Below are positions 53,249 to 64,000 of a stretch of 64,000 bases of DNA, piece after piece. Under the pieces are notes generated by a model, which did no database searches, was not told the origin of the DNA, and worked only from the letters and a program-made list of their open reading frames with translations. Numbering within the stretch: the first letter of the stretch is position 1; every line of letters begins with the position of its first letter. The stretch covers positions 4,323 to 68,322 of the forward strand of contig JBDIVK010000012.1 in NCBI GenBank assembly GCA_039794425.1, given 5' to 3'. This stretch comes from Nitrosomonas sp. (GTDB lineage: Bacteria; Pseudomonadota; Gammaproteobacteria; Burkholderiales; Nitrosomonadaceae). Both the position numbers and the translations under genes were made by a program.

Positions 53249-53347
53249 GGTGGCGAGCCGAACCCCCGGCACTTGCAGAAAATAGCTGTGGCTGCTTCCT
53301 TCCGGACCTGACCAGGTTCACCACCCTGCAATGCGGGGAGGCCCGCC
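53249..53347 (-). ncRNA. ffs: Signal recognition particle 4.5S RNA
   Basis: Minus strand contains GGTCAGGTCCGGAAGGAAGCAGCC (domain IV, GGAA tetraloop) with self-complementary ends; located upstream of dnaX. Confidence 0.95.
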
Positions 53348-53497
53348 ATGTGCTCATTTTACCTCAAGCAACCACTTGAATGTAGTAATGTTCAAGCAAA
53401 CTGTCTTTTAACGATGTCATACTGGCACTCATCTGACAGTACAATCTTACGTCGCCTTATGATCAAGTACTCAGGCAGACAGTGATCATGCGTCAGT

Positions 53498-53914
53498 TCA
53501 ATAACTGTATTTTATGATACGTGTACCCGCCAGCTTGTCGTGCAAGAATTGCCGATCACGATCGAATAACGCCCACAGCAACCCAAATCCCAGAAAACTT
53601 ATGCCTATTACAGCCAGCAGATAACGTGTCATGGCCTGTTGAGTGGTTATTTTTTTTCCATCCGCGGAAACCAGCCGCAGTTTCCAGGTTTGCATGGCCA
53701 ACGTTTGGCCACCATGTGTCCAGAACCAGATAAAGTAAGCACCACCGACACATAACAAATAAAACTGAAACAGAGGCCTGAAATATCCTGCGGTGGTATC
53801 ACGAAATATCAGATGAAACAGAAAACTGGCAATGAACCACACGGCAAGTAGCAGCATGAATTCATAAGACATTGCCAGCATCCGTCGCCAAAATCCAGGA
53901 GTCAGATTTTCCAT
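53498..53914 (-). CDS. RDD family membrane protein
   Basis: PGFWRRMLAMSYE, GQTLAM, FLHDKLAGT. Confidence 0.88.
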   Translation of the reverse strand: MENLTPGFWRRMLAMSYEFMLLLAVWFIASFLFHLIFRDTTAGYFRPLFQFYLLCVGGAYFIWFWTHGGQTLAMQTWKLRLVSADGKKITTQQAMTRYLLAVIGISFLGFGLLWALFDRDRQFLHDKLAGTRIIKYSY

Positions 53915-53969
53915 AAATGATCCCCTGCGCAGGATAATTCAAAAAAGCGGGGAAATACTTTACCTTCCA

Positions 53970-55040
53970 TCACGACAATTTACGGCAAACCCAGAGTGCG
54001 GCAGTAAACAGCAGTACGGCACCCGCCTGGTGGGCTGCAGCGAATGTCAGTGGTACCGAAAGCAATAATGTCGTTATTCCCAGTCCCACTTGAATGACCA
54101 GCGTTACCAGCAGGAGATGACAGGCCACACGAGTAGAAGTTGACAGCGGTAACTGCCTTGCTTTAAACCAGAAATAAGGGATCGAAAACATCAGCAACCA
54201 TGCAATCAGGCGGTGATCGAACTGAACAGTAGTCATGTTATCGAAAAAATTACGATACCATGGTTCCAGTACGAACATGGCCGGTGGAATCAAATAACCA
54301 TCCATCAGAGGAAAAGTATTATACGCTTTACCGGCATGAATCCCTGCTACCAACCCGCCGGACAACACCATGATGAATATCAAGGTGGTCAAAGCCAATG
54401 CATACCGGCGCAAGCCGCGCACAGACGCTGAATCCGACTGATGTCCACTGGCAGGTGACAATAGTCCTGTCGCTACCCAGAACATCGCTGCATAGATGAT
54501 GAAAGCCAAGCCGAGATGCGCGGTCAATCGATATTGGCTGACATAAATATTATCCGCCAACCCACTCATGACCATGTACCAGCCCATCAGGCCCTGCAGG
54601 CCGCCGAGTACGAAAATACCCAGGAGTTTCAAGCCGAGCACACGATCAACTCGCTTGCGTACGATGAAATAAACGAAAGGAATAAAATAAACCAAACCAA
54701 TCAAACGTCCGAGTAAACGATGAAAGTATTCCCACCAGAAAATCCCTTTAAATTCATCCAGTGTCATACCTTTGTTGACTTCTTCGTATTGCGGAATCTG
54801 ACGATATTTTTCCAGCAGTACTTCCCAGTCTTCCTGGGTAATGGGCGGAATCGTTCCAACGATGGGTTGCCACTCCACGATGGACAATCCGGAACCGGTA
54901 AGGCGCGTTACCCCACCTACAATGACCATGGCGAATACCAATGCACAGCAGATTAACAGCCAAACTGCAATGGATGTCTGGCTCTGTGTCTGGTGCCGGG
55001 AAGATTCAGGAATGATGGATTTATATGAACTTATCTGCAT
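53970..55040 (-). CDS. ctaA: Heme A synthase (COX15/CtaA type 2)
   Basis: [36 protein letters not shown]. Confidence 0.93.
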   Translation of the reverse strand: MQISSYKSIIPESSRHQTQSQTSIAVWLLICCALVFAMVIVGGVTRLTGSGLSIVEWQPIVGTIPPITQEDWEVLLEKYRQIPQYEEVNKGMTLDEFKGIFWWEYFHRLLGRLIGLVYFIPFVYFIVRKRVDRVLGLKLLGIFVLGGLQGLMGWYMVMSGLADNIYVSQYRLTAHLGLAFIIYAAMFWVATGLLSPASGHQSDSASVRGLRRYALALTTLIFIMVLSGGLVAGIHAGKAYNTFPLMDGYLIPPAMFVLEPWYRNFFDNMTTVQFDHRLIAWLLMFSIPYFWFKARQLPLSTSTRVACHLLLVTLVIQVGLGITTLLLSVPLTFAAAHQAGAVLLFTAALWVCRKLS

Positions 55041-55049
55041 TGATTTCTA

Positions 55050-55499
55050 TCAGGTATGATGAGTACGTAACAAACGCTGTTTGTCACGCTCCCATTCTTT
55101 ACGTTTTTCACTTTCACGTTTGTCATACTGCTTTTTACCCTTGGCCAGCCCGATTTCCAGTTTGATCCGACCTGCTTTATAATGCATATCCAATGGAACC
55201 AAGGTATACCCGGCACGTTCGACCTTGCCAATGAGTTCGCTGATTTGTGATGCATGGAGCAGTAACTTGCGTGTCCTTACAGGATCGGGGTGGACATGCG
55301 TCGATGCTGCAGGCAATGAACTGATGTGGCTCCCGATAAGGAATAATTCGCCACGGCGGATGATGATATATGCCTCCTTCAACTGAACTCGCCCAGCACG
55401 AATTGCCTTGACTTCCCACCCTTCCAGCACGATGCCTGCTTCATACTTCTCCTCAATGAAATAATCGTGAAAGGCTTTTTTGTTTTGCGCAATGCTCAT
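55050..55499 (-). CDS. smpB: SsrA-binding protein
   Basis: [33 protein letters not shown]. Confidence 0.98.
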   Translation of the reverse strand: MSIAQNKKAFHDYFIEEKYEAGIVLEGWEVKAIRAGRVQLKEAYIIIRRGELFLIGSHISSLPAASTHVHPDPVRTRKLLLHASQISELIGKVERAGYTLVPLDMHYKAGRIKLEIGLAKGKKQYDKRESEKRKEWERDKQRLLRTHHT

Positions 55500-55600
55500 T
55501 CAAATTACACAAGAGGAAAAAGGAATATGACTTTTGAAAAATTTTCGTTTAGTGTATCAGTTTTTCAGTATCTCCTCGCCCGAAAAAGGTAATTTATCGT

Positions 55601-56044
55601 ATGGCTGAAATAGAAAAATCAGTATTAGTCGGTTACTCGGCAGCCCAAATGTTCAATCTGGTCGATACCGTTGAAAACTATCCAGACTTTCTGCCCTGGT
55701 GCTCAGGTGCATCGATGGAATTACAGGAAGACGATGAGATCGCACATGCCACTATCGATATAAACTATCACCACATCAAGCACAGCTTCACTACCAAAAA
55801 TACACGGCACCCGCCGGAATTGATCAAAATGGAATTACTCGAAGGCCCTTTCGAACACCTGGATGGCCACTGGCGTTTTATTCCGCTAGCAGAAAATGCT
55901 TGTAAAATAGAATTCCGGTTACATTATACGTTCTCGCATAAGTTGCTGGAGAAATTGGTAGGCCCTGTCTTTTATGTGATTGCCAACAACTTTGTGGAAG
56001 CTTTCGTCGAGCGAGCAGAAGCAATTTATGGTTCCGCCATCTGA
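55601..56044 (+). CDS. ratA: RatA/YfjG START-domain (Coq10-like) protein
   Basis: YSAAQMFNLV..VENYPDFLPWC, GPFEHLDGHW; divergent from smpB. Confidence 0.92.
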   Translation: MAEIEKSVLVGYSAAQMFNLVDTVENYPDFLPWCSGASMELQEDDEIAHATIDINYHHIKHSFTTKNTRHPPELIKMELLEGPFEHLDGHWRFIPLAENACKIEFRLHYTFSHKLLEKLVGPVFYVIANNFVEAFVERAEAIYGSAI

Positions 56045-56339
56045 GCAATCATCAGCGTATATAGTGATCGAGGTAGCCTATGCGCTCCCTCGTTGTCAGT
56101 TTCTCAAACGGTTTACAGTCCCGGCCGGGACTTCGCTCGCACAGGCCATCGAACTTTCCGGGGTAACCAGTATTTTTTCTGAAATTGATTGCACTGTCAT
56201 GAAAACCGGTATCTATGGCAAGATCGTAAGTGCGGAAACCATTTTGCAACCCTATGACCGAGTCGAGATCTATCGACCGCTTACGATCGATCCCAAGGAG
56301 AAACGCAGGCTTCGATCAGCAAAGCGTATAAAAAAGTGA
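56028..56339 (+). CDS. rnfH: RnfH/RatB ubiquitin-like protein
   Basis: IEVAYA, GIYGK, DRVEIYRPL..DPKEKRR. Confidence 0.9.
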   Translation: MVPPSEQSSAYIVIEVAYALPRCQFLKRFTVPAGTSLAQAIELSGVTSIFSEIDCTVMKTGIYGKIVSAETILQPYDRVEIYRPLTIDPKEKRRLRSAKRIKK

Positions 56340-56393
56340 AAATCAAGACCACCATCCCAATACGCCTTGGTTGCAGAGAAATTCCATTAATAC

Positions 56394-56876
56394 CTATTTT
56401 TCCTGAACAGAGTTATTCTGTCCGGTTCTGACACTATCCAAGATCAACAAGCATGCGCCACCGAAGATTGCCGAATCAGCAACGTTAAAGGCTGGCCAAT
56501 GATAACCACTAAAGTGGAAGTCCAGAAAATCAACAACATGTCCGAGCATGATACGATCCCACAGGTTTCCCAATGCTCCTCCCAGAATAAGACTCAGGGC
56601 AATACAAAATAGTCTGTTGGTCGTATGTTTATACAGCAGATAGATGATCAGAACAGATACGAATAAAGCGACCGCACTCAGAAACCAGCGTTGCCAGCCT
56701 GAAGCATCGCTCAAAAAACTGAAAGCGGCCCCTGCATTGTAGGCCAATACCAAATTGAAAAAATCCGTCACCGCAATTTGTTGGCCGTATATCAAAGCAG
56801 ATTCTACCCATCGCTTAGTAAACCAGTCTATTAACAAAACGACTGTCGCAAGTATCAAGCTGAAGTGCAGTCTCAT
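56394..56876 (-). CDS. lspA: Lipoprotein signal peptidase II
   Basis: NAGAAFS, GALGNLWDR, VVDF, FNVAD. Confidence 0.96.
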   Translation of the reverse strand: MRLHFSLILATVVLLIDWFTKRWVESALIYGQQIAVTDFFNLVLAYNAGAAFSFLSDASGWQRWFLSAVALFVSVLIIYLLYKHTTNRLFCIALSLILGGALGNLWDRIMLGHVVDFLDFHFSGYHWPAFNVADSAIFGGACLLILDSVRTGQNNSVQEK

Positions 56877-56921
56877 TGAATCTTTTTTATCACTATATGT
56901 TGATGGTTCATAGCTAGGCAA

Positions 56922-59744
56922 TCAAGCATGGCAACGGGATTCTCCTGGTCCGGATAAATTACTCACACAACGACCACACAGTGTCGGATGATCAGTATGT
57001 TCTCCCACATCCTGCCGGTAATGCCAGCAGCGCTCACATTTCGGATGTGGACTCGCAGTCACGTTAATGGCCTCTGCTGCAACATGATCGACCCGCTGCA
57101 GGTGAACTTCCGAGGTAATCAGTACGAATCGCAGATCATCTCCCAACGAATCGAGCAATGTGTAATTTTCTCCGGCCGCTTGTATTTCCACGATCGCTGC
57201 CAGTGATGAGCCGATTTCGCCTTGAGCACGGGCATCTTCCAGTTGTTTTTGTACCTGTGCACGCCACTCACGCAACCGTTGCCACCGCTGCAACAATGTT
57301 TGCGTATCACACGGATTTCCCGCCTGTTCCGGAAATCGATGCCAAGTATGAAAAAATACGCTGTCATCTGCTGAACTACTCAACTGCTGCCACGCCTCTT
57401 CCGCAGTAAAGCTCAGAACGGGTGCGAACAATCGTACCAGACTGTGTGTGATATGGTAGAGTGCATGCTGCGCGGCACGCCGGGGAACACCGGCTGCTGC
57501 CGTAGTATAGAGTCGATCCTTGAGAATATCCAGGTAGAACCCTCCGAGATCTTCTGAACAAAAATTATGCAGCCTGGAAACCACCTGATGAAATTCATAG
57601 CGCTCATAAAGCTGGATGAGATCATGCTGTAGCGCCTCAGTATAAGCCAGCATATAGCGATCGATTTCCATCCATTCTTCGATCGGCAATGTTTCTGTAA
57701 CCGGGTTGAAATCAGCCAGATTCGCCAGCAAAAAGCGCAGGGTATTACGGATGCGTCGGTAAGTCTCAACGGTACGCTTGAGAATTTCATCGGAAATGGA
57801 CAGCTCGCCGGAATAATCAGTGGAAGCAACCCATAGTCGCAGAATATCAGCCCCCAATGTATCGGCAATTTTCTGTGGAGCAATCACATTACCCTTTGAT
57901 TTGCTCATCTTGTAGCCTTGACCATCCACCACGAAACCATGAGTGAGCAGAGCATCATAGGGTGCATATCCATCGATTGCACACCCCGTCAGCAATGAAG
58001 ACTGAAACCAGCCGCGATGCTGATCGGAACCTTCCAGATATAGATCAGCTGGATGCTTCAATTGCTCATTTTTCTTTAAGACCGTTTCATGCGTGGTACC
58101 GGAGTCGAACCAGACATCAAGCGTATCCGTCAACTTATGATATTGCTGCGCTTCTTCCCCCAGAATACTCTTCACATCAAGGCTGAACCATGCTTCTATT
58201 CCCTGCTGCTCGACCAGGCAGGCAATCTCTTCCAGCAGATCATCAGTACGCGGATGCAGTGTATGCGTATCTTTATGCACGAAGAAAGTCATCGGAACTC
58301 CCCAATTACGCTGGCGCGACACACACCAATCGGGGCGATTTGTGATCATTGCTTCGAGCCGCGCTCTGCCCCAGGCAGGATAAAAACGCGTAGTATCCAC
58401 TGCCCGGAGTGCCAATTCACGCAACGATGCTTTGGCAGACACCGGGATAGCCTCACCTTGCCGTTGCATACCAATAAACCACTGCGGCGTTGCACGAAAA
58501 ATTATCGGAGTTTTATGACGCCAGCAATGAGGATAGCTGTGCTCGATTTTTTCCACATGTAATAAATGATCACTGCTTTTCAGCGCATCGATCACAATAT
58601 CGTTAGCTTTCCAGACAAATAATCCTCCAACTAACGGCGTCTCATCGGAAAATTTGCCATCGCCATTCACCGGACTGTCATTAGGCAGACTATATTGTTG
58701 TCCGATAAAATAATCATCCAGACCGTGGGCAGGCGCAGTATGTACCAAGCCAGTACCGGCTTCCAATGTTACGTGCCGGCCACAAATCATCTTGACCATA
58801 CGTGCTGCAAAGGGATGCTGTAGAAGCAAGCCTTCCAGTAGCTGTCCTTTACAGGACGCTATAACTTGTCCTTCGAGCTGGTAGCGAGTGAGGCAAGCTT
58901 CCATCAGTTCAGAAGCCAGAATCAACCAGCTATGAGATGTTCTGACCAAGCTGTAGTCAAACTCCGGATGCACGCATATCGCTTGATTGGCTGGCAATGT
59001 CCACGGTGTAGTCGTCCAGATTACGGCATAAATTCTGGCATCGGTCGGTATAGGTACACCCAGCATACTCGCAAGCGGATGTTCTGCTCCTTTCTCGCCC
59101 ACTACTTCAAAACCGACATCAATTGCGGGCGAAAGCTTATTCTCATACTCTACCTCGGCTTCAGCCAGAGCTGAGCCACAGTCAATACACCAGTTGACAG
59201 GCTTGCGCCCCTGATAGAGATAACCATTCCGATAAATTTTACCTAGCGCACGAATAATGCCTGCTTCGGTAGCATAATTCATGGTGAGATAAGGATGCTC
59301 CCAGTCACCCAGTACGCCCAGCCGTATGAAATCTGCTTTCTGCCGCTCTACTTGCTCTTGCGCAAATGCTCGGCACAACTGCCGTATCTGATCGGCCGGC
59401 AAATGCTTGCCATATTTTTTTTCGATCTGATGCTCGATCGGCAAACCATGACAATCCCAGCCGGGCACATACGGCGCATCAAAGCCTGCCAGGGTCTTAC
59501 TCTTGATAATGATATCCTTGAGAATCTTGTTGACGGCATGTCCAATATGAATATCGCCATTGGCATAAGGTGGGCCGTCATGCAAGATGAATTTTGGGCG
59601 GCCCCGGCTGACGGCACGAATTCTCTGGTAAAGATTCTTTTCCTGCCAGGTTCTGAGCATGGCGGGCTCGCGCCTGGCCAGATCACCACGCATAGGGAAA
59701 AGCGTATCAGGCAGATTCAGGGTTTTCTTGTAATCGGTAGTCAT
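56922..59744 (-). CDS. ileS: Isoleucyl-tRNA synthetase
   Basis: [17 protein letters not shown], and a C-terminal zinc finger (CERCW..CGRC). Confidence 0.98.
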   Translation of the reverse strand: MTTDYKKTLNLPDTLFPMRGDLARREPAMLRTWQEKNLYQRIRAVSRGRPKFILHDGPPYANGDIHIGHAVNKILKDIIIKSKTLAGFDAPYVPGWDCHGLPIEHQIEKKYGKHLPADQIRQLCRAFAQEQVERQKADFIRLGVLGDWEHPYLTMNYATEAGIIRALGKIYRNGYLYQGRKPVNWCIDCGSALAEAEVEYENKLSPAIDVGFEVVGEKGAEHPLASMLGVPIPTDARIYAVIWTTTPWTLPANQAICVHPEFDYSLVRTSHSWLILASELMEACLTRYQLEGQVIASCKGQLLEGLLLQHPFAARMVKMICGRHVTLEAGTGLVHTAPAHGLDDYFIGQQYSLPNDSPVNGDGKFSDETPLVGGLFVWKANDIVIDALKSSDHLLHVEKIEHSYPHCWRHKTPIIFRATPQWFIGMQRQGEAIPVSAKASLRELALRAVDTTRFYPAWGRARLEAMITNRPDWCVSRQRNWGVPMTFFVHKDTHTLHPRTDDLLEEIACLVEQQGIEAWFSLDVKSILGEEAQQYHKLTDTLDVWFDSGTTHETVLKKNEQLKHPADLYLEGSDQHRGWFQSSLLTGCAIDGYAPYDALLTHGFVVDGQGYKMSKSKGNVIAPQKIADTLGADILRLWVASTDYSGELSISDEILKRTVETYRRIRNTLRFLLANLADFNPVTETLPIEEWMEIDRYMLAYTEALQHDLIQLYERYEFHQVVSRLHNFCSEDLGGFYLDILKDRLYTTAAAGVPRRAAQHALYHITHSLVRLFAPVLSFTAEEAWQQLSSSADDSVFFHTWHRFPEQAGNPCDTQTLLQRWQRLREWRAQVQKQLEDARAQGEIGSSLAAIVEIQAAGENYTLLDSLGDDLRFVLITSEVHLQRVDHVAAEAINVTASPHPKCERCWHYRQDVGEHTDHPTLCGRCVSNLSGPGESRCHA

Positions 59745-60723
59745 ATTGGGAATCTAGTCTAGCAGTCTCATGGAGTATAGTATCCGCCTGAGAAAAATAG
59801 TTTTTTGCGTGAGCGATATCCTGCTCGATTTGCCTGGCAAGCGTTTGCAAATCAGGATATTTCTCTTCATCTCTGAGTTTATGCAAAAAATCGACCCGCA
59901 AGTGCTGACCATAAATCTCCTCGTTGAAATCGAACAAATGTACTTCCAGCACAGATTGACCATGGTCAAGGATGGTCGGCCGCACACCCAAGCTGGCCAC
60001 TCCTCTGATTTGCTCGGAATGAAAAGCGTCTTTCTGCCAGCAGACTTCTACCACAAAAATGCCCTTTAACGGAGGACGGTTGTGTTTCAGCTGGATATTG
60101 GCTGTCGGGAAACCTATTTTCTTACCCAGTTTATTACCATCCACGACACGCCCACTGATACGGTAAGGACGTCCTAACAAACGTCTTGCCAAATCGAGAT
60201 CACTACAAGCCAGTGCGTTACGAACCGCTGTGCTGGAAACTCTTAATCCGTCTACCATGAAGCTTGGCATCACTTCGAGCTCGATACCTCCCGGTTGTGA
60301 TGAAAACTTTTGCAGCAAAGCAATATCACCCGTACGTCGGGTACCGAAACGAAAATCATCCCCAATCAAAAGCCAGCGAACGTCAAGCTCCTGTTGCAAC
60401 ATGCGTACAATAAACGCTTCCGCACTGATTTCTGCGAACTTACGATTGAAGTGGCAGATTTGTACCCGATCCAACCCCAGTTCAGCTAACAGCTCAAGCT
60501 TCTCACGTAAATTCGTCAATCGAGTCGGTGCTTGGTCGGGGACTAGAAATTCACGAGGATGCGGTTCAAACGTCATCACGCATGACGCAATACCTAATCG
60601 TTCGGCAGCCTGTTTCAGGCGCATAAGCATCGCTTGATGCCCCAAATGTACACCGTCGAAATTGCCAATTGTCAAAGCGACAGGCTGTCCCGCCTGGGTC
60701 AATGCCCGTCGAGTAATACGCAT
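59707..60723 (-). CDS. ribF: Bifunctional riboflavin kinase / FAD synthetase
   Basis: [25 protein letters not shown]. Confidence 0.96.
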   Translation of the reverse strand: MRITRRALTQAGQPVALTIGNFDGVHLGHQAMLMRLKQAAERLGIASCVMTFEPHPREFLVPDQAPTRLTNLREKLELLAELGLDRVQICHFNRKFAEISAEAFIVRMLQQELDVRWLLIGDDFRFGTRRTGDIALLQKFSSQPGGIELEVMPSFMVDGLRVSSTAVRNALACSDLDLARRLLGRPYRISGRVVDGNKLGKKIGFPTANIQLKHNRPPLKGIFVVEVCWQKDAFHSEQIRGVASLGVRPTILDHGQSVLEVHLFDFNEEIYGQHLRVDFLHKLRDEEKYPDLQTLARQIEQDIAHAKNYFSQADTILHETARLDSQYDYRLQENPESA

Positions 60724-60834
60724 GCCGGTAGACAAATGATCAGTCGGGTCGAAACATCTCCCGTTAGAACGAAAATGACGTGGCAACCTGGTAATTTGCC
60801 CATGCTCCACTGACAGCTCAGAATTTGTTCTTTT

Positions 60835-61266
60835 TCACGCAGTCTCAGTATTCAGGTCAACTGGTTGCCGGTGAGGGAAGTGGCTCATTTGGTAACCCAT
60901 CCAAAGTCGCCCGGCAATAAACTCTGCCAGCGTATCGGCATGCTGCTTCAGCATAGGGTTGCCCAATTCGAGTGTTGTCTCCCGGAAAAGCTGCAACCAG
61001 CGTTTGAACAATGTAGCATTGAGGTCAGGCAGAGCAATATGCTTGGGCATGGGTGCACCGCGAAAACGGCTGGTACCGCGCAATTGTGCCGACCAGAAAT
61101 TGGTCATTTGTACGAAATGTGCATCCCAATCAATCACATGCTCTTCAAAAATAGGGCCAAGTGCAGGGTCTTTTCTTGCCTTGGCATAAAAATCATGTAC
61201 CAGCTTTGAGATCTCTTCTTCGGTATACAAGTCCGGGCTGGATTCAGGAATCTGTCGAGGTACCAT
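60835..61266 (-). CDS. Group III truncated haemoglobin
   Basis: LVHDFYAKARKDPALGPIF, WDAH, NFWS, PMPKH, FKRWLQLF. Confidence 0.88.
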   Translation of the reverse strand: MVPRQIPESSPDLYTEEEISKLVHDFYAKARKDPALGPIFEEHVIDWDAHFVQMTNFWSAQLRGTSRFRGAPMPKHIALPDLNATLFKRWLQLFRETTLELGNPMLKQHADTLAEFIAGRLWMGYQMSHFPHRQPVDLNTETA

Positions 61267-61502
61267 GGTCGTTGATTATTATATAAATTGAATTTCCATC
61301 TATATACCGGATCAGATTCAAGTCATAATCTGACCGCTTAAACGATTATTTTCTCACATTTGTAACGCTGCTTCGAATCTTTGTATATTGTTGGAATTTT
61401 TCTTGAAGCTTACCGAGCTTTAGGGAGAATTTTCAGTCACGATTAGATAACGAGAATCATTTTTCAATGTTAATGCTTTCCCACATTCTCAAATATATTT
61501 AT

Positions 61503-63677
61503 ATGCAACGCCAGTTTGGCATGCTGCTTCTGGCCATGTCATTAACCGCCTGTGCCGATGTCTGGAATAACCCATACCCTGCAGAAGATTCAGGTAAGAA
61601 CATTCTCTACAATGCTTTTGCCGAGCGCCCCAAACATCTGGATCCAGTACAGTCCTACAGTTCAAATGAAATCCTGTTCACTACCCAGATCTACCAGTCT
61701 CCTCTGCAATACCACTATTTAAAGCGGCCACTGACTCTGATTCCTCAAACGGCCAGCAGCATGCCTACTGTCCATTATTTCGATGCTAATGGTTCACAAT
61801 TACCGGACGATACAACCAGCGCAAATGTTGCTTACTCAGTTTATGAAATTTCCATCAGACCCGGCATCCTTTATCAACCTCATCCGGCATTTGCCAGAGA
61901 CGAGAAAAAAAACCTGCTTTATCATACATTGACCACACAGGATACGCGACCAATATACAAAATAAGTGATTTCGAATATACCGGAACCCGAGAACTGATA
62001 GCAGATGACTACATTTATCAGATAAAGCGACTCGCGCATCCTAAACTACATTCACCAATCTTTGGTCTGATGGCCGACTACATCGTAGGATTGCACGAGT
62101 ACGCAGATACATTGAGGCAACACACTGATACTCTGCCCAAGAATACATTTCTGGATCTGCGCGAGTTCCCTCTGGAGGGGGTAGAACGAATAGACGATTA
62201 CACCTATCGCATTCGTATTAAAGGTAAATATCCACAGTTCCTGTACTGGCTCGCTATGCCGTTTTTTGCTCCGATTCCGTGGGAAGCAGATCATTTTTTT
62301 TCACAGCCGGGCATGGCAGAAAAGAATCTTACGCTTGACTGGTACCCGGTAGGAACAGGCCCATATATGCTGACTGAGAACGACCCGAACCGAATTATGG
62401 TGCTGGAGCGCAATCCGAATTTTCAAGGAGAATATTATCCAGATGAAGGTATGCCGGCAGACATAGAAAAAGGTCTGTTGCAAGATGCAGGTAAACCGAT
62501 CCCGTTCATCGACAAAGTTGTATTCAGCCGCGAAAAAGAAGGCATCCCGCGCTGGAATAAATTCTTGCAGGGGTATTACGACGCATCAGGTATCGGTTCG
62601 GATAGCTTTGATCAAGCCGTACAGATAACTGGACAAGGTGAAGCAACGGTTACTGACAAAATGGAAGCGCAAGGTATTCGCCTTGAAACAACTGTAGCAC
62701 CCTCCACCTACTATATGGGTTTCAATATGCTTGATCCGATTGTAGGTGGCCGTACCGAGCAAGAAAAAATATCCGCCCGTAAGCTGCGTCAAGCCATTTC
62801 CATTGCAGTAAATTATGAAGAATTTATTTCGATATTCGCTAATGGTCGCGGTATTCCGGCACAGGGACCACTGCCCCCGGGCATTGAAGGCCACCATGAA
62901 GGTAAAAAAGGCATGAACCCGATTGTTTATGAGTGGCACGATGGCGAAGCCCAGCGTAAATCGATCAGGCAAGCCAAAGCATTGCTTGCCGAAGCTGGCT
63001 ATCCCGGGGGTATTGATATGAAAACCGGCAAGCCGCTCGTCTTGTATTTTGACGCCACAGCACGCAGCGCAGATGATAAATCCATCATGGACTGGATGCG
63101 GATGCAGTTCCGAAAACTGAATATACAATTGGTCGTACGCAGCACCGATTACAATCGGTTCCAGGACAAAATACGCAAAGGCAATGCACAAATTTTCGAA
63201 TGGGGCTGGAATGCGGATTATCCTGATCCGGAAAATTTTCTGTTTCTATTATATGGCCCACAACGTAAGGTAGGTAATAATGGTGAAAACGCTGCTAATT
63301 ATGATAACGCTGAATACAACCGCCTGTTCGTACAGATGAAAAATATGGAGCCAGGCCCACAGCGTATGCGTATCATCAACCGAATGATCGCTATTCTGCG
63401 GGAAGATGCGCCTTGGCTATGGGGCTATCATCCAATGGAGTATGCTTTATATCATTCCTGGTACCGGAACGTGAAGCCTAACAGGTTGGCCTATAACACC
63501 ATCAAATATTTTCGGATAGACCCGGTTTTACGCGAACAAAAACGACGTGAGTGGAACGAACCGGTAATCTGGCCAATCGGTACAGGCATAGCCCTACTCG
63601 TAATCTGCCTGATGCCGGCATGGCTGGCTTATCGCCGTCGGGAACGGAAGCAGAGTATCGTCAAGCAGGCAGCTTAA
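61503..63677 (+). CDS. ABC transporter family 5 (peptide/nickel) substrate-binding lipoprotein
   Basis: Lipobox LTAC, PVGTGPY, GWNADYPDPENF, and a C-terminal TM helix. Confidence 0.9.
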   Translation: MQRQFGMLLLAMSLTACADVWNNPYPAEDSGKNILYNAFAERPKHLDPVQSYSSNEILFTTQIYQSPLQYHYLKRPLTLIPQTASSMPTVHYFDANGSQLPDDTTSANVAYSVYEISIRPGILYQPHPAFARDEKKNLLYHTLTTQDTRPIYKISDFEYTGTRELIADDYIYQIKRLAHPKLHSPIFGLMADYIVGLHEYADTLRQHTDTLPKNTFLDLREFPLEGVERIDDYTYRIRIKGKYPQFLYWLAMPFFAPIPWEADHFFSQPGMAEKNLTLDWYPVGTGPYMLTENDPNRIMVLERNPNFQGEYYPDEGMPADIEKGLLQDAGKPIPFIDKVVFSREKEGIPRWNKFLQGYYDASGIGSDSFDQAVQITGQGEATVTDKMEAQGIRLETTVAPSTYYMGFNMLDPIVGGRTEQEKISARKLRQAISIAVNYEEFISIFANGRGIPAQGPLPPGIEGHHEGKKGMNPIVYEWHDGEAQRKSIRQAKALLAEAGYPGGIDMKTGKPLVLYFDATARSADDKSIMDWMRMQFRKLNIQLVVRSTDYNRFQDKIRKGNAQIFEWGWNADYPDPENFLFLLYGPQRKVGNNGENAANYDNAEYNRLFVQMKNMEPGPQRMRIINRMIAILREDAPWLWGYHPMEYALYHSWYRNVKPNRLAYNTIKYFRIDPVLREQKRREWNEPVIWPIGTGIALLVICLMPAWLAYRRRERKQSIVKQAA

Positions 63678-63695
63678 TCCAATTTCTAACCCAGT

Positions 63696-64000
63696 ATGCT
63701 AAATTACATCATCCGCCGTGTCTTTTATGCAATTCCCATTCTGCTAGGCGTTAATCTCATCACTTTCGTACTTTTCTTCGTGGTCAATACACCCGATGAT
63801 ATGGCGCGGATGCATCTAGGTACGAAACACGTCACGGAAGAAGCCATCTGGAAATGGAAGCAGGAACATGGTTATAACAAACCACTGTTGTACAACGATG
63901 CAGTACATGGAACACACAAAGTTACCGATACAATCTTCTTCGAAAAATCGATTGCCATGTTTGCATTTGATTTTGGTCGGGCCGACGATGGGCGTGATAT
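63696..64000 (+). CDS. Peptide ABC transporter permease, 3'-truncated by the window edge
   Basis: MLNYIIRRVFYAIPILLGVNLITFVLFF, a DppB-like N-terminus; absent from the ORF track. Confidence 0.85.
   Translation, partial: MLNYIIRRVFYAIPILLGVNLITFVLFFVVNTPDDMARMHLGTKHVTEEAIWKWKQEHGYNKPLLYNDAVHGTHKVTDTIFFEKSIAMFAFDFGRADDGRD

Noticed and set aside
55040-55600. tmRNA (ssrA) next to smpB
   Set aside because: Flanks are occupied by ctaA and ratA; no tRNA-like ends or tag reading frame were seen.

Overview
64 kb of a betaproteobacterial chromosome, most likely Nitrosomonas-like. That assignment is inferred from protein similarity and gene content; no database search was run. The backbone is housekeeping: serS (partial), rpsO-pnp, acnA, hemE, valS-holC-pepA, serB, tadA, prmB, rluB, dnaX-ybaB with SRP RNA, smpB, ratA-rnfH, ribF-ileS-lspA and a peptide ABC transporter. 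Accessory highlights: (1) a tight iscS-like / cytidylyltransferase / HIT / desaturase / divergent phosphoglycerate-mutase operon that looks like a lipid head-group module, possibly for a sphingolipid; (2) a malyl-CoA lyase + malate thiokinase (mcl-mtkAB) operon; (3) a decayed integron cassette remnant with no integrase, where vapBC is bounded by complementary attC core sites next to nested IS1111-like and IS630 fragments; (4) two families of short inverted-repeat (MITE-like) elements, one showing compensatory stem changes and an internally inverted hairpin; (5) an exported MsrA-thioredoxin-MsrB fusion; (6) an orphan encapsulin-type ferritin downstream of an RND pump; (7) a binding-protein/CHASE/GGDEF/EAL sensor; (8) a group III truncated haemoglobin. 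No tRNA, rRNA or CRISPR array was seen.
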